From an uncultured bacterium (GTDB lineage: Bacteria > Babelota > Babeliae > Babelales > Vermiphilaceae): a stretch of DNA of 64,000 nucleotides. Position numbers and translations under genes: made by a program. How positions within the stretch are numbered: the first letter of the stretch is position 1; the number at the start of each line of letters is the position of its first letter. The notes under the pieces were generated by a model. The model had not been told where the DNA came from, made no database searches, and worked only from the letters and a program-made list of their open reading frames with translations. Shown in pieces: positions 42,451 through 51,885 of the stretch. The DNA lies in contig OY970212.1 of the NCBI GenBank assembly GCA_963713925.1, forward strand, positions 128,001-192,000, read 5' to 3'.

Positions 42451-43316
42451 TCATTTTTACTTTCATTAAAAGGTAGTTCCATTTTTCGGCATTCCCAACA
42501 CTCAAATGGAAATGAATCGTATAAGACTTGCAAGTCACATTGGACGGGCGGCTCTCCGCCTAAAATTAAGGCTTCTTCAATCGAAGTTGCAGCTTTGAAT
42601 TCTGGGCGATTCGTTCCCCAATAATAGTCTTGATATTTTAACAGGGGCTCATTTTCGGTGACCTTCAAAAGCCGGGCCGGAATACCGAAAGCTTCAGCTA
42701 CAACAAGTCCATGTAATGAGCTTGAGATAACGAATTTACTATCAACTATTTTTTCAACAACGATGTCCCATGGTTCAGTGGGATACACCACATTTTGATA
42801 TACATCCTTGGGAAATAATTGTTCTTCAGAGTAGTGAGGAATAATAATGTATTCATATTTCGGATTCTTTTTTCTTTTGAATTCAGGAAAAAAATAGGGC
42901 ATAAGTAACGCGGGGTCACCATATACTTCTGGGCATGTGATGCCAAAATTTTCGATCAAAAATTGTCGCGTTATTGGCCCTCTGACTGCGCGAACATCGA
43001 GTCCATTAAATCTATAATATTTCAGATCAAGCCATTTGCCGTTGACTCCTGAGCCCCAAATGACATCATTATCGCGGGCAAACGTCATTATTGAGCCGAT
43101 GGCTAATAATTTCTTTTCTTTCACTCCAGCATTTTTATCAAATACGCGAACCGATGTTTGCACGATCCGTTCAACTAATTTGAGCGACAAGTAATCGCCG
43201 AAATTAATAAATTTATCGTTCCAGTAGTAAAGCGGGAGCGCTTTGTTCGATAATGCATTGTTCCCGATTAAGCAAAAAGAAAAAAGTATAAAAATAAAAA
43301 AATTAGATCGCTTCAT
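42447..43316 (-). CDS. Polysaccharide pyruvyl transferase
   Basis: NFGD.LS, WGSG, AVRGP, GDPA, SSSLHG..AEAFG; signal peptide. Confidence 0.88.
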   Translation of the reverse strand: MKRSNFFIFILFSFCLIGNNALSNKALPLYYWNDKFINFGDYLSLKLVERIVQTSVRVFDKNAGVKEKKLLAIGSIMTFARDNDVIWGSGVNGKWLDLKYYRFNGLDVRAVRGPITRQFLIENFGITCPEVYGDPALLMPYFFPEFKRKKNPKYEYIIIPHYSEEQLFPKDVYQNVVYPTEPWDIVVEKIVDSKFVISSSLHGLVVAEAFGIPARLLKVTENEPLLKYQDYYWGTNRPEFKAATSIEEALILGGEPPVQCDLQVLYDSFPFECWECRKMELPFNESKNE

Positions 43317-43427
43317 ATTGATCTCATTCTCACTTTTTTTGTCAGACCAAAATCCTTAATAGGAGAGAGTTTACCAGAGATCACATTTTAAAAACAACCT
43401 AATAGTTAGATTGCATATGAAAAGATT

Positions 43428-44111
43428 CTATTTCTTATGTTTACGCACATATCGCACAATCCATTGTGTAACCATTGGAAGCAATGCGACGAAAGCGCAT
43501 AGAACTAATATCCCCATCATGCGCCACGAGACAATATCGTGCAGGCTTTCCATCGTGCGCAATTGCCCGCCCGCTAGGGTATAGACCAAAGTTAATGGTA
43601 ATGACCCAAGTAGGGTGGTCCAAAAAACAGTAAACAGCGAAATGTGTGAAAAGACTGCCAGTGCATTAATAAAACTCAATGGCACAATCCCCAAAAATTG
43701 GAGCATCAATAAATAACTCGCCCCATGTTTTTTTATTTTTTCTTCGTATTGACCATATTTCTGGCGCAACTGATCGTGCATATACCGAGTAAACAGAAAT
43801 TGAAAAACAAAATAACTAATGATCGAGGCGATAACGCATCCCAGTACGGTGTACACAAATCCAACCCATGGCCCGAACAAAAAGGCTCCCGTAACACCAA
43901 ACAAGGGCACGAGAGGCAAACCTATGATAAGCACAACCGTCATGACCGAGAGAAATATGAAGCTTGCAAGCGCATAATGGCGCGGCACTTGTTGTGATAA
44001 TGAAAGAATAGCCTGTTTTATCGGCTGAAATCCGGCAGAAGTTATATATCGTCCGACTAAGAAGAACAAGAGAATACCACATGCGATAAAAACGACCTGC
44101 TTTAATTTCAT
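43428..44111 (-). CDS. TVP38/DedA (VTT) family membrane protein
   Basis: TGAFLFG.W.G, TM pattern, degenerate R..P..P..N motif (QFLGIVPLSFIN), T.LGSLP. Confidence 0.8.
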   Translation of the reverse strand: MKLKQVVFIACGILLFFLVGRYITSAGFQPIKQAILSLSQQVPRHYALASFIFLSVMTVVLIIGLPLVPLFGVTGAFLFGPWVGFVYTVLGCVIASIISYFVFQFLFTRYMHDQLRQKYGQYEEKIKKHGASYLLMLQFLGIVPLSFINALAVFSHISLFTVFWTTLLGSLPLTLVYTLAGGQLRTMESLHDIVSWRMMGILVLCAFVALLPMVTQWIVRYVRKHKK

Positions 44112-44208
44112 AACAATCCTATCATTGAGTAGTGCATAACCCGATACATTAATTATAAAAAAAGAAGCACACATCTTGATAGATATGCGCTTCTTTAAAA
44201 ATAGTAGT

Positions 44209-45063
44209 TTATTCAGATTCTGAAGTCGAGAGATTAGACACTGATGATGATGGTGATAATGATTGCGATAAATCTTCTAGGTTGTTTGAATCATTGGAAT
44301 TGTGGCTCGTGCTTGATGGAAGCAAAGAACGAGTCGGGTTAAGAAAGCCGGCTGTTATCGCGGCATGAAGAGTTTGATGTATTACTCTTTCAAAACCTTT
44401 ATTTTGTTTAGAAAATTCTTCTTGCATAGTTGTTCTAACCGTGTTGGCAACCTCTAGCGTGAGCTCTTTTTTGAAAGTATCAAACTCTTGTTTCAAATAG
44501 TCCCTCGTTACTTGTTCATCTCTCATTTTGGTGATTTGATTCAAAACAAGGTCCTTCGCACTCGCCACTTGGTGCATAAAATTTGGCAACGTTTCTTCTG
44601 TCAATGTATTCACCTTTGTATCAACATCGACCAAAAGCCCATTCAAAACATTAGTTTTTTTATTTAATGTATTAGTATCGGTTTTTAATCCAGCAAGGGT
44701 TAGTGTTGTTTTTTGATTGAATTTCCAAAGATTGACATTAAGAGTTTCAACGCGACCTTGAGTTTTTTTCGCAATGCCTGTCAGCGTCGTCACCTCTTTA
44801 TGTACGTCTCCCAGCTCTCTTTTCACATCCGTTGTTGCATTGCTAAGGTTATCAATCTTACCCTCAACCACCCCAAGCTGTTCCTTAATCTCACCAAGCT
44901 CTCTCCATTGAATAAACTTTAATCTAATAAGCTCAGCACCGAGAATAATGGTTGGCGCGGCTGCTCCGGTGAAAATGAGCCATATTTTATCAGCGGCGTT
45001 TGTTTTTTCAACAAAGGATGCGCATGCAAGACTCAAGAAGACAAGTTTTTTTGTGATGTTCAT
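44209..45063 (-). CDS. Signal peptide + TM + long coiled coil + Ser-rich tail protein
   Basis: Heptad periodicity over ~aa 55-215; Ser-rich C-terminus. Confidence 0.6.
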   Translation of the reverse strand: MNITKKLVFLSLACASFVEKTNAADKIWLIFTGAAAPTIILGAELIRLKFIQWRELGEIKEQLGVVEGKIDNLSNATTDVKRELGDVHKEVTTLTGIAKKTQGRVETLNVNLWKFNQKTTLTLAGLKTDTNTLNKKTNVLNGLLVDVDTKVNTLTEETLPNFMHQVASAKDLVLNQITKMRDEQVTRDYLKQEFDTFKKELTLEVANTVRTTMQEEFSKQNKGFERVIHQTLHAAITAGFLNPTRSLLPSSTSHNSNDSNNLEDLSQSLSPSSSVSNLSTSESE

Positions 45064-45254
45064 TCAATAAATCCTTGTGAATGTTTTTTGAAACATTGCA
45101 AAGTGTAAACTTTTTTTTATAACTTGTACATTGTCATACATATAGAAATAGCTGTGGATCAAAGATTTCAAGCGAAGCCTAAAATATCTTGTTTTTGGGT
45201 CCCCGCACGCAGTGTAGGGTATCAGCATGGGGTTTTAAAAAAGAGGAATAACTC

Positions 45255-45929
45255 ATGTGTTTTTCTGCCAATGTTAGTTTTGTAAGTGCCGGAATTCTGG
45301 CCCTCATCGGCATCACCTGCTTTGCTCTTTCAAAAACAAAGGGCGAGCGATTTGTGTCATCAATACCTCTGTTTTTCAGTATTCAGCAACTCATAGAAGG
45401 ATTTCTGTGGCTTACCTTGCCGGGAAATTCATCATTTGCTTCGTTGTTGACATACAAATATCTCTTTTTTGCACTGGTGTGGTGGCCGATTTGGATGCCG
45501 ATTTGCATTGCCGTGTATGAAACGAATTTTTGGAGAAAGGGAGCGATCGGTATATGCGCGATCTTAGGAATTTGCACCGGTATTTTTTATCTCAAACAAC
45601 TTTTTTTGTATGGCGCAACAGCAAGTATACATAACACACACATAGCCTATGACTTGGTGCAACCACTGAGTTTGCCGATGGGTATTATTCTCACACTGCT
45701 CTATTTTGTATGCGCGATCATTCCCTTTTTTATATCGAGTCGTCGATATATGTGGGCTTTGGGGGCGGCTATCTCAGCTTCATACGTCATCTCGTTTATT
45801 TTTTACTATGCGAACCTTGGTTCAATATGGTGCTTCTGTGCCGCCATTATAAGCGCACTGACATTGTGGATACTATGGCAAAATCAGAAAGAACATCGAA
45901 ACGAAATAGTGGACACGGATTATTTTTAA
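45255..45929 (+). CDS. Multi-pass membrane protein (MCFSA..SF, DUF6629-like)
   Basis: MCFSA.VSF, P.FF..QQ..EG..W, S.WCF.AA; RBS gagga. Confidence 0.75.
   Translation: MCFSANVSFVSAGILALIGITCFALSKTKGERFVSSIPLFFSIQQLIEGFLWLTLPGNSSFASLLTYKYLFFALVWWPIWMPICIAVYETNFWRKGAIGICAILGICTGIFYLKQLFLYGATASIHNTHIAYDLVQPLSLPMGIILTLLYFVCAIIPFFISSRRYMWALGAAISASYVISFIFYYANLGSIWCFCAAIISALTLWILWQNQKEHRNEIVDTDYF
45859..45929 (+). repeat. 71-bp direct repeat, left copy
   Basis: 69/71 identical to 49780-49850. Confidence 0.95.
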
Positions 45930-45964
45930 GCATCAGATCTTCATGGTTACTACTGTATAAGTAG

Positions 45965-46309
45965 CTATGCTCGAGTTTTTTCATGGGATAATGAGTCTGC
46001 TAAGTCGATAGCCTCTTGAAGGTATTTTTTCATTTCTTCTAATGTTTTACATCTTTGTTTGTAAATTGGTTTTGTCCAATCTTCATTCCGAATAATCCTT
46101 ATCATAAAAGAACCATCCGGCTTAGTTGCGGGATAATAACCCACATCTACGCAAAGAGCTTCTCCAAACTCTATTTGAATTAGATCCTCTGTAAAGAAAA
46201 ACTTTTGATCATCAAAAGGAATCTCAGGAGCTATTTCAAAACTATCATATTCAAGTACGCCTGACTTTATATCGATAGCATACAAGTAATTGCTTTTAAA
46301 TTTTTTCAT
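45965..46309 (-). CDS. Putative immunity protein 2e
   Basis: EDLIQ...VDVGYYP...G.F....W..PIY...CK...MKKYLQEAIDLAD family. Confidence 0.75.
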   Translation of the reverse strand: MKKFKSNYLYAIDIKSGVLEYDSFEIAPEIPFDDQKFFFTEDLIQIEFGEALCVDVGYYPATKPDGSFMIRIIRNEDWTKPIYKQRCKTLEEMKKYLQEAIDLADSLSHEKTRA

Positions 46310-46634
46310 GGGATAACGAATCGGCTAAATCGATAGCCTCTTGCAAGTATCTTTTCATTTCATCTATTGATTTACAACACTTGTCATATGAGGGCTTTTC
46401 CCAATCTTCATGTAAAATAACTTCTACCATGAAAAATCCGTTAGGCTTACTTGCCGGATAATAACCTACATCCACACAAAGAGTTTCTCCAAACCCTATT
46501 TGAATAAGATCTTCTGTGAAAAAAAGATTTTGATTTTTAAAGGGAGCGTTAGGATTTATTTCAAAATTATCATAATCGAGTGAGCCGGATCTCAATTGTA
46601 TATTTTTTAAGAAAGAGCTTTTAAATATTTTCAT
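46296..46634 (-). CDS. Putative immunity protein 2d
   Basis: Same family motifs. Confidence 0.75.
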   Translation of the reverse strand: MKIFKSSFLKNIQLRSGSLDYDNFEINPNAPFKNQNLFFTEDLIQIGFGETLCVDVGYYPASKPNGFFMVEVILHEDWEKPSYDKCCKSIDEMKRYLQEAIDLADSLSHEKI

Positions 46635-46677
46635 AATCAGTCTTTTAAATGATACCGATATTCTTCATATTGATTCA

Positions 46678-47025
46678 TTACGATTGTGCACGTGGCATGC
46701 GATACATTTCATCGGCAAGATTGATTGCTTCTTGGAGATACTTTTTCATGTCTTCCAATGATTTACATTGCTTTTTATAAATTGGTTCATCCCAATTTTC
46801 ATCTAAAATAACTTCTATCGAAAAAAAGCCATCGGGTTCAAATTCAGGGTACCAGCCGACATCCACAATAATTGATTTCCCAAAATTCATTTGAATAATG
46901 TCTTCTTTATATGATAATTCTTGTTTTTCAAATGATACTAATGGATCTATATCAAAATCATCAAACGTCAACTTTCCACTTTTAACTGTAATGTTTTTTA
47001 GATATGGGCTTTTAAATTTTTTCAT
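46678..47025 (-). CDS. Putative immunity protein 2c
   Basis: Same family motifs. Confidence 0.75.
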   Translation of the reverse strand: MKKFKSPYLKNITVKSGKLTFDDFDIDPLVSFEKQELSYKEDIIQMNFGKSIIVDVGWYPEFEPDGFFSIEVILDENWDEPIYKKQCKSLEDMKKYLQEAINLADEMYRMPRAQS

Positions 47026-47341
47026 GGGATAACGAATCGGCTAAATCGATAGCCTCTTGCAGGTATAGTTTCATTTCGTTGATCGATTTACAACGCTTAT
47101 CATATAAGGGCTTTTCCCAATTGCTTTCATGGATAACAAAAATCCTAAATGCGCCCTTGGTATCTATTGAAGGATACCACCCAACATCAATGGTGTAATT
47201 TTTGGGATAGTTAATCTGTATTAAATCTTCTTGTAACAATAGTTTTTGACTTTTAAGTGGAATATTTGGATCGATTTCGAAGCTGTCAAAAATGCGATTA
47301 AACCTCTTAAGTTTAATTTCGCTCAAATATGGACTATTCAT
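47012..47341 (-). CDS. Putative immunity protein 2b
   Basis: Same family motifs. Confidence 0.75.
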   Translation of the reverse strand: MNSPYLSEIKLKRFNRIFDSFEIDPNIPLKSQKLLLQEDLIQINYPKNYTIDVGWYPSIDTKGAFRIFVIHESNWEKPLYDKRCKSINEMKLYLQEAIDLADSLSHEKI

Positions 47342-47697
47342 TATGATTGTGCGTGGGGCGTTCGATACATTTCATCGGCAACATCGATTGCTTCTTGAAA
47401 ATATTTTTTCATTGTTTTTACATCTTTACAATATTTTTTGTAAATAGGATTTTGCCAATCATAGTTGATAGCGACCATTATTTGAAATTGACCATCTTTC
47501 TCAAACTCCGGATTCCATCCAACATCAACTGTAATGGGTTTTCCATCCTTAAAACTTATTAAATAAATAATATCGGAAGCAAGTAAAGATTCTTGTTCTT
47601 CAAGTGATAGATCCGGATCGATTTGAAAATCGTCGATGATCAAACTACTTGATTTGATATCGATATCTGAAAGATAATCACTCTTAAAATATTTCAT
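47341..47697 (-). CDS. Putative immunity protein 2a (toxin-proximal)
   Basis: Starts 5 bp after the toxin stop; same family. Confidence 0.75.
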   Translation of the reverse strand: MKYFKSDYLSDIDIKSSSLIIDDFQIDPDLSLEEQESLLASDIIYLISFKDGKPITVDVGWNPEFEKDGQFQIMVAINYDWQNPIYKKYCKDVKTMKKYFQEAIDVADEMYRTPHAQS

Positions 47698-47702
47698 CTA
47701 TT

Positions 47703-49691
47703 TTATATCCTTATACCACTTTCTTTTAAAAGATTTTTGTATTCTTGATAAGGTATTGGATGTCCATGTATAGTGTTTGTGGTCATTTCTATTCTACTGT
47801 ACTGTGTTTCAATACCATTTTTGGCGCCAATGATTTTACCCCAATCCATAACCTTCCATCTGCCATCTTTTACCGAGATTCCTTGTTCCCAGCCTAACCG
47901 TTCAAGTTGTTCTATATTTACTCCCGGCTTATATCTTGCATTTCCATGACGGGTGCTTTCTACAATCTCTTTCCAACTGAGCCTAGGCTGAGGACGATGT
48001 TTTGGATAATCTTGTGCCCATTCAACTTTTGATGCCCCATTTTTTGATTGATCGATACGACTTGATTGATCGGTTTTTGTCTGGCGCAAGTTATTACTCG
48101 TGCTGTCATCAATCATTTTAAAAATTTGTCCATCGGGAGTGGTGGCAACAAATTCGCGTTGACGATTTTTGTAAAACTTACGCAGTTTTTGAGCAGCTTT
48201 CTTTGCGCCTTTGATCAGTTTCCTGGCACTTTTCATCAAAGTGTAATCGGCACTCAATTCACCGCCAACACGGCCGAAGTCTCGCAGCGAATGCTCTAAC
48301 TTGTATGTTCCGTCATGGATGCCTTTAAACCGATCGGTAATGCCTTTGAACTTTTCACTCAGTTCGGCTTCTGCCGCTTCTTTGCCTTCAAAGCAATACA
48401 GGCCGAGCGTTTCGCCTATTTCAACGCCGAGTTGAAATGCGCTGTAACATAAGAATGCTTCTTTTACTCCCGGGACAAACACTCCAGCAGTGATCACTCC
48501 GGCAACCATGAGACCTTGGACAATAGTTTCCGGAATTCTGCTTTGCACCCCGTCAACATAGCCTCCCCATGTGGCGGTCGAATAATCCATTAATGCAGCA
48601 CAAAAGTTGTTTACTTTGGATGCTTTTGTGCAATAGCCTTGCGCATTAAGAGCTCTGCCTGAATCAATCGTTTGTACGAGCTCCGTTATATTCTCACGCA
48701 TCCAAATACTTTTAAATGGATGACTACTTTGCTCAAGAAGCCGGATTGAATCAAGATGGATCTCTTTCTGAATTTCATTTCCATACAAAGTATTCCAATC
48801 GCTCGGATTGAGATTATGTTCTTTGATATAATCATTCAGCTCTTGCGCATTAAATTCATGCACGGCAAAAACATCCCGTGAAAGAGTGATAAGATCTTTT
48901 TTGTATCGATCTGGAACTTCGCTTGGATCAACTACCTTTTCGATCCAACAACGCATGTTTTTGTTGTAATCTTGAAACTCAGGGAAATCTTTTCTGAAGT
49001 GTTCATGAATGATGAGGTATTTTTCTTCTTTTGCGGAAGTTGCTTCCGGTTTTTGTTCCCGAACCGGTTTTGAGTCATTTGAGGCTTGTTGATTCGAAAT
49101 AGCTTGTTCTTGAGCCGCTTTTGACTCATTAGGCGTTTGATAATCAGGGAGAGGTCCATGGGCCCGAGGCTCTTTGGATAGTAAAAGAATTCGTCGCGCT
49201 TCAGCTTTCTTTTGAGCAACCCATTCTTCTTGCGGTACTTTCCTAGAGTCATTACTATTTATTCTCCAACGAGATTGTGGTATTTCAGCTTCCTTCAGAA
49301 CTTGTTCATAAGCACGGTATTCTTCTTTCGTGAGTGTAAATTTTTGATCGTTATCGTATACGATATATACAACATCAATACCATCGGATTCGATCTGATT
49401 GGGAGACTTGTTTTCTTGAGAATTGTCATATCCAAGAAGTTTTTTTATTCCTTTATAAGTCAAATAACCAGCACCTATAGTTGCAACAACGATACTTATG
49501 ATCGGAATTTCCGATATTCTATCAAAAAACTTGTTTTGATTCTTTTGTCTATCATTATTTCCGTTTTGACTATTCCTGTTGCCTTGATCCAAAAGATTGG
49601 GGCCGTTGTTGTTCGGGTCATACGGATCATAATAAGATGAAATATTTTGTATTGAGAAGATCGATAGGATGATAAAAAGAAGTGTGCGCAT
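47703..49691 (-). CDS. Putative polymorphic toxin 2 (signal peptide, central conserved domain, C-terminal PKH...HGHP tip)
   Basis: RBS agagga before ATG 49691. The tip PKH..SWKEIVEST..G.ARY...IGA..G.ET...RIE....IHGHPI resembles RNase-type toxin tips. Five paralogous small genes follow. Confidence 0.78.
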   Translation of the reverse strand: MRTLLFIILSIFSIQNISSYYDPYDPNNNGPNLLDQGNRNSQNGNNDRQKNQNKFFDRISEIPIISIVVATIGAGYLTYKGIKKLLGYDNSQENKSPNQIESDGIDVVYIVYDNDQKFTLTKEEYRAYEQVLKEAEIPQSRWRINSNDSRKVPQEEWVAQKKAEARRILLLSKEPRAHGPLPDYQTPNESKAAQEQAISNQQASNDSKPVREQKPEATSAKEEKYLIIHEHFRKDFPEFQDYNKNMRCWIEKVVDPSEVPDRYKKDLITLSRDVFAVHEFNAQELNDYIKEHNLNPSDWNTLYGNEIQKEIHLDSIRLLEQSSHPFKSIWMRENITELVQTIDSGRALNAQGYCTKASKVNNFCAALMDYSTATWGGYVDGVQSRIPETIVQGLMVAGVITAGVFVPGVKEAFLCYSAFQLGVEIGETLGLYCFEGKEAAEAELSEKFKGITDRFKGIHDGTYKLEHSLRDFGRVGGELSADYTLMKSARKLIKGAKKAAQKLRKFYKNRQREFVATTPDGQIFKMIDDSTSNNLRQTKTDQSSRIDQSKNGASKVEWAQDYPKHRPQPRLSWKEIVESTRHGNARYKPGVNIEQLERLGWEQGISVKDGRWKVMDWGKIIGAKNGIETQYSRIEMTTNTIHGHPIPYQEYKNLLKESGIRI

Positions 49692-49779
49692 GGTTACTAC
49701 TCCTCTGATGTATTGTTTGCGATTCATGCATCACAATAGCACAAAAGAGAATGGATGGAAATCTGTAAACCGGACTGCT

Positions 49780-49850
49780 TGACAGTGTGGATACTATGGC
49801 AAAATCAGAAAGAGCATCGAAACGAAATAGTGGACACGGATTATTTTTAA
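49780..49850 (+). repeat. 71-bp direct repeat, right copy (orphan 3' end of the 45255 gene)
   Basis: Its TAA overlaps the uvrB stop (TTAA). Confidence 0.95.
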
Positions 49851-51814
49851 CCGACAATCTTTTTCAGCTGCATCCATTCATCGCGCAATGCGATTGCTTT
49901 TTCAAAATCAAGTTCTTGAGCGGCAACTTTCATAAGCTCTTCAAGCTCAATCATGCGCGCTTTTGCTTGCTCGGGAGATGATGCGAGTTGTTTCTTTTTG
50001 GAGCGCTTTTGTTCAGATGCCTGTGCGATTGCTTTTTGAATGTCAGTGATGGTTTTTGAGACTTCGCGACGAACCGTTTTTGGAATAATGTTATGCTCTT
50101 GGTTATATGCCTGTTGCAATGCTCTGCGTCGTTCTGTTTCATCCATCGCGCCACGCATTGATTGCGTGATCGTGTCGCAATAGAGGATTACTTTCGATTC
50201 AGTGTTACGCGCCGCTCGCCCGATAATCTGTATTAATGATCGTTTGTCGCGCAAGAAGCTTTCAATATCTGCATCCATGATGGCAACCAGCGCAACTTCA
50301 GGAAGATCAAGCCCTTCACGCAGTAAGTTAACTCCAACCAAACAATCAAAAATGCCAAGACGAAGCTTTTGAATAAGCTCAGTCCGTTGTGGCGTTTTGA
50401 GCTCGGAATGTAAGTAACAGACTTTAATTTTTCGTTCTTCTAAATAATGGGCCAACTCTTCGGCCAATTGTTTGGTCAAAACGGTCACTAATGTACGGAA
50501 GCCTTTATCAGTTGTTTTTTCAATTTCGGTAACCAAATGATCGAGCTGCCCTAAACGGGGGTGCATTTCAACCACCGGATCAAGCAATCCGGTCGGACGA
50601 ATTAATTGCTCAACAATCTGATCAGAGTGTTTTAATTCATAATCACTGGGAGTTGCAGAAACAAAGATCACATCTTTAAAATATTTTTCTATTTCTTCAA
50701 ATTTAAGCGGTCTATTATCAGCAGCTGAAGGAAGGCGGAAGCCAAACTCAATCAATGATGTTTTGCGCGCCTTATCTCCCGCATACATGCCGCGCAATTG
50801 CGGAAGCGCAATGTGAGATTCATCAATAATAAGCAAGAAATCTTTAGGGAAGAAATCAAACAAGCATGCCGGTTGTTCTCCCGCTGCACGTCCATCAAAA
50901 TGGGCTGAATAGTTTTCAATACCCGAACAGTATCCAACCTCTTGCAACATTTCAAGATCATGTGCAACACGTTTTTCAATGCGCTCGCGATAAATAGGGT
51001 TTTGCAGCTTCGGCGCCCATTGTTCAAGCTCCATTTTGATCGTTTTCATGGCCGCTTCTTGTTTGTCTTTGGTTGTTACAAAGTGCTTGGCCGGATAAAT
51101 AACGGTGTCTTGAATATCTTGAATAACATAGTTGTTCATTTTATCAACTAATTGCATCGATTCTAAGGTGTCTCCAAAGAGCTCAAAGCGTAATTTTTCT
51201 TTGATATAGGGCAATATGATCTCGATGGTGTTGCCCATGACGGTGAATGTCCCTGCTTTTTTTTCGGCATCATTGCGTTCATATTGAATAAAAATGAGGC
51301 GACGTAAGATATCATTGCGATCAATCGTCATGCCGACGGTCAGTGGAATGGCTAATTTACGCAACTCTTCTGGGTCACCAAGTGAATAGATGCATGAAAC
51401 AGAAGAAATGATAATAGTGTCCGGTCGATTAAAGAGTGACGCCGTTGCTTCAACACGTAACCGCTCAATTTCACTATTTACCTTGGTTTCTTTGGGGATA
51501 TAAATATCTTGTGCCGGGAGGTAAGATTCTGGTTGATAATAATCATAATAGCTGACGAAATACCCAACCTTATTTTCAGGGAAGAATTGACTAAACTCTT
51601 CATATAATTGGGCGGCAAGCGTCTTGTTGGGCGATAGAATCAAAACAGGCTTGTTTTGATTGGCTATCACGTTGGCCAAGGTAAAGGTCTTACCCGAGCC
51701 AGTCACACCAACTAGCGTCGAAACACCGGGTCTGCCTTTGACCAATTGCTTGATCGCTTCAGGCTGACTACCGGCCGGTTTATAAGGTGAATGAAGTTTA
51801 AAAATATTTTTCAT
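49847..51814 (-). CDS. uvrB: Excinuclease ABC subunit B
   Basis: GVTGSGKT, YYDYYQPE, DESH, NLLREGLD, GRAARN, C-terminal UVR domain. Confidence 0.98.
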   Translation of the reverse strand: MKNIFKLHSPYKPAGSQPEAIKQLVKGRPGVSTLVGVTGSGKTFTLANVIANQNKPVLILSPNKTLAAQLYEEFSQFFPENKVGYFVSYYDYYQPESYLPAQDIYIPKETKVNSEIERLRVEATASLFNRPDTIIISSVSCIYSLGDPEELRKLAIPLTVGMTIDRNDILRRLIFIQYERNDAEKKAGTFTVMGNTIEIILPYIKEKLRFELFGDTLESMQLVDKMNNYVIQDIQDTVIYPAKHFVTTKDKQEAAMKTIKMELEQWAPKLQNPIYRERIEKRVAHDLEMLQEVGYCSGIENYSAHFDGRAAGEQPACLFDFFPKDFLLIIDESHIALPQLRGMYAGDKARKTSLIEFGFRLPSAADNRPLKFEEIEKYFKDVIFVSATPSDYELKHSDQIVEQLIRPTGLLDPVVEMHPRLGQLDHLVTEIEKTTDKGFRTLVTVLTKQLAEELAHYLEERKIKVCYLHSELKTPQRTELIQKLRLGIFDCLVGVNLLREGLDLPEVALVAIMDADIESFLRDKRSLIQIIGRAARNTESKVILYCDTITQSMRGAMDETERRRALQQAYNQEHNIIPKTVRREVSKTITDIQKAIAQASEQKRSKKKQLASSPEQAKARMIELEELMKVAAQELDFEKAIALRDEWMQLKKIVG

Positions 51815-51885
51815 ATAGAAATTTTACCACAACTCATATTTTTGTAAAATGAACTAAAATTACAGGCATACTTCAGGGGAATTGG

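Noticed and set aside
45965..47697. Periodic ~350-bp repeats as CRISPR or integron cassettes
   Set aside because: The repeats are coding ends of paralogous genes; no spacers, attC-like sites, cas or intI.
49787..49981. Short ORF resembling the end of 45710..45964
   Set aside because: Alternative-frame read of the 71-bp repeat, antisense to uvrB.
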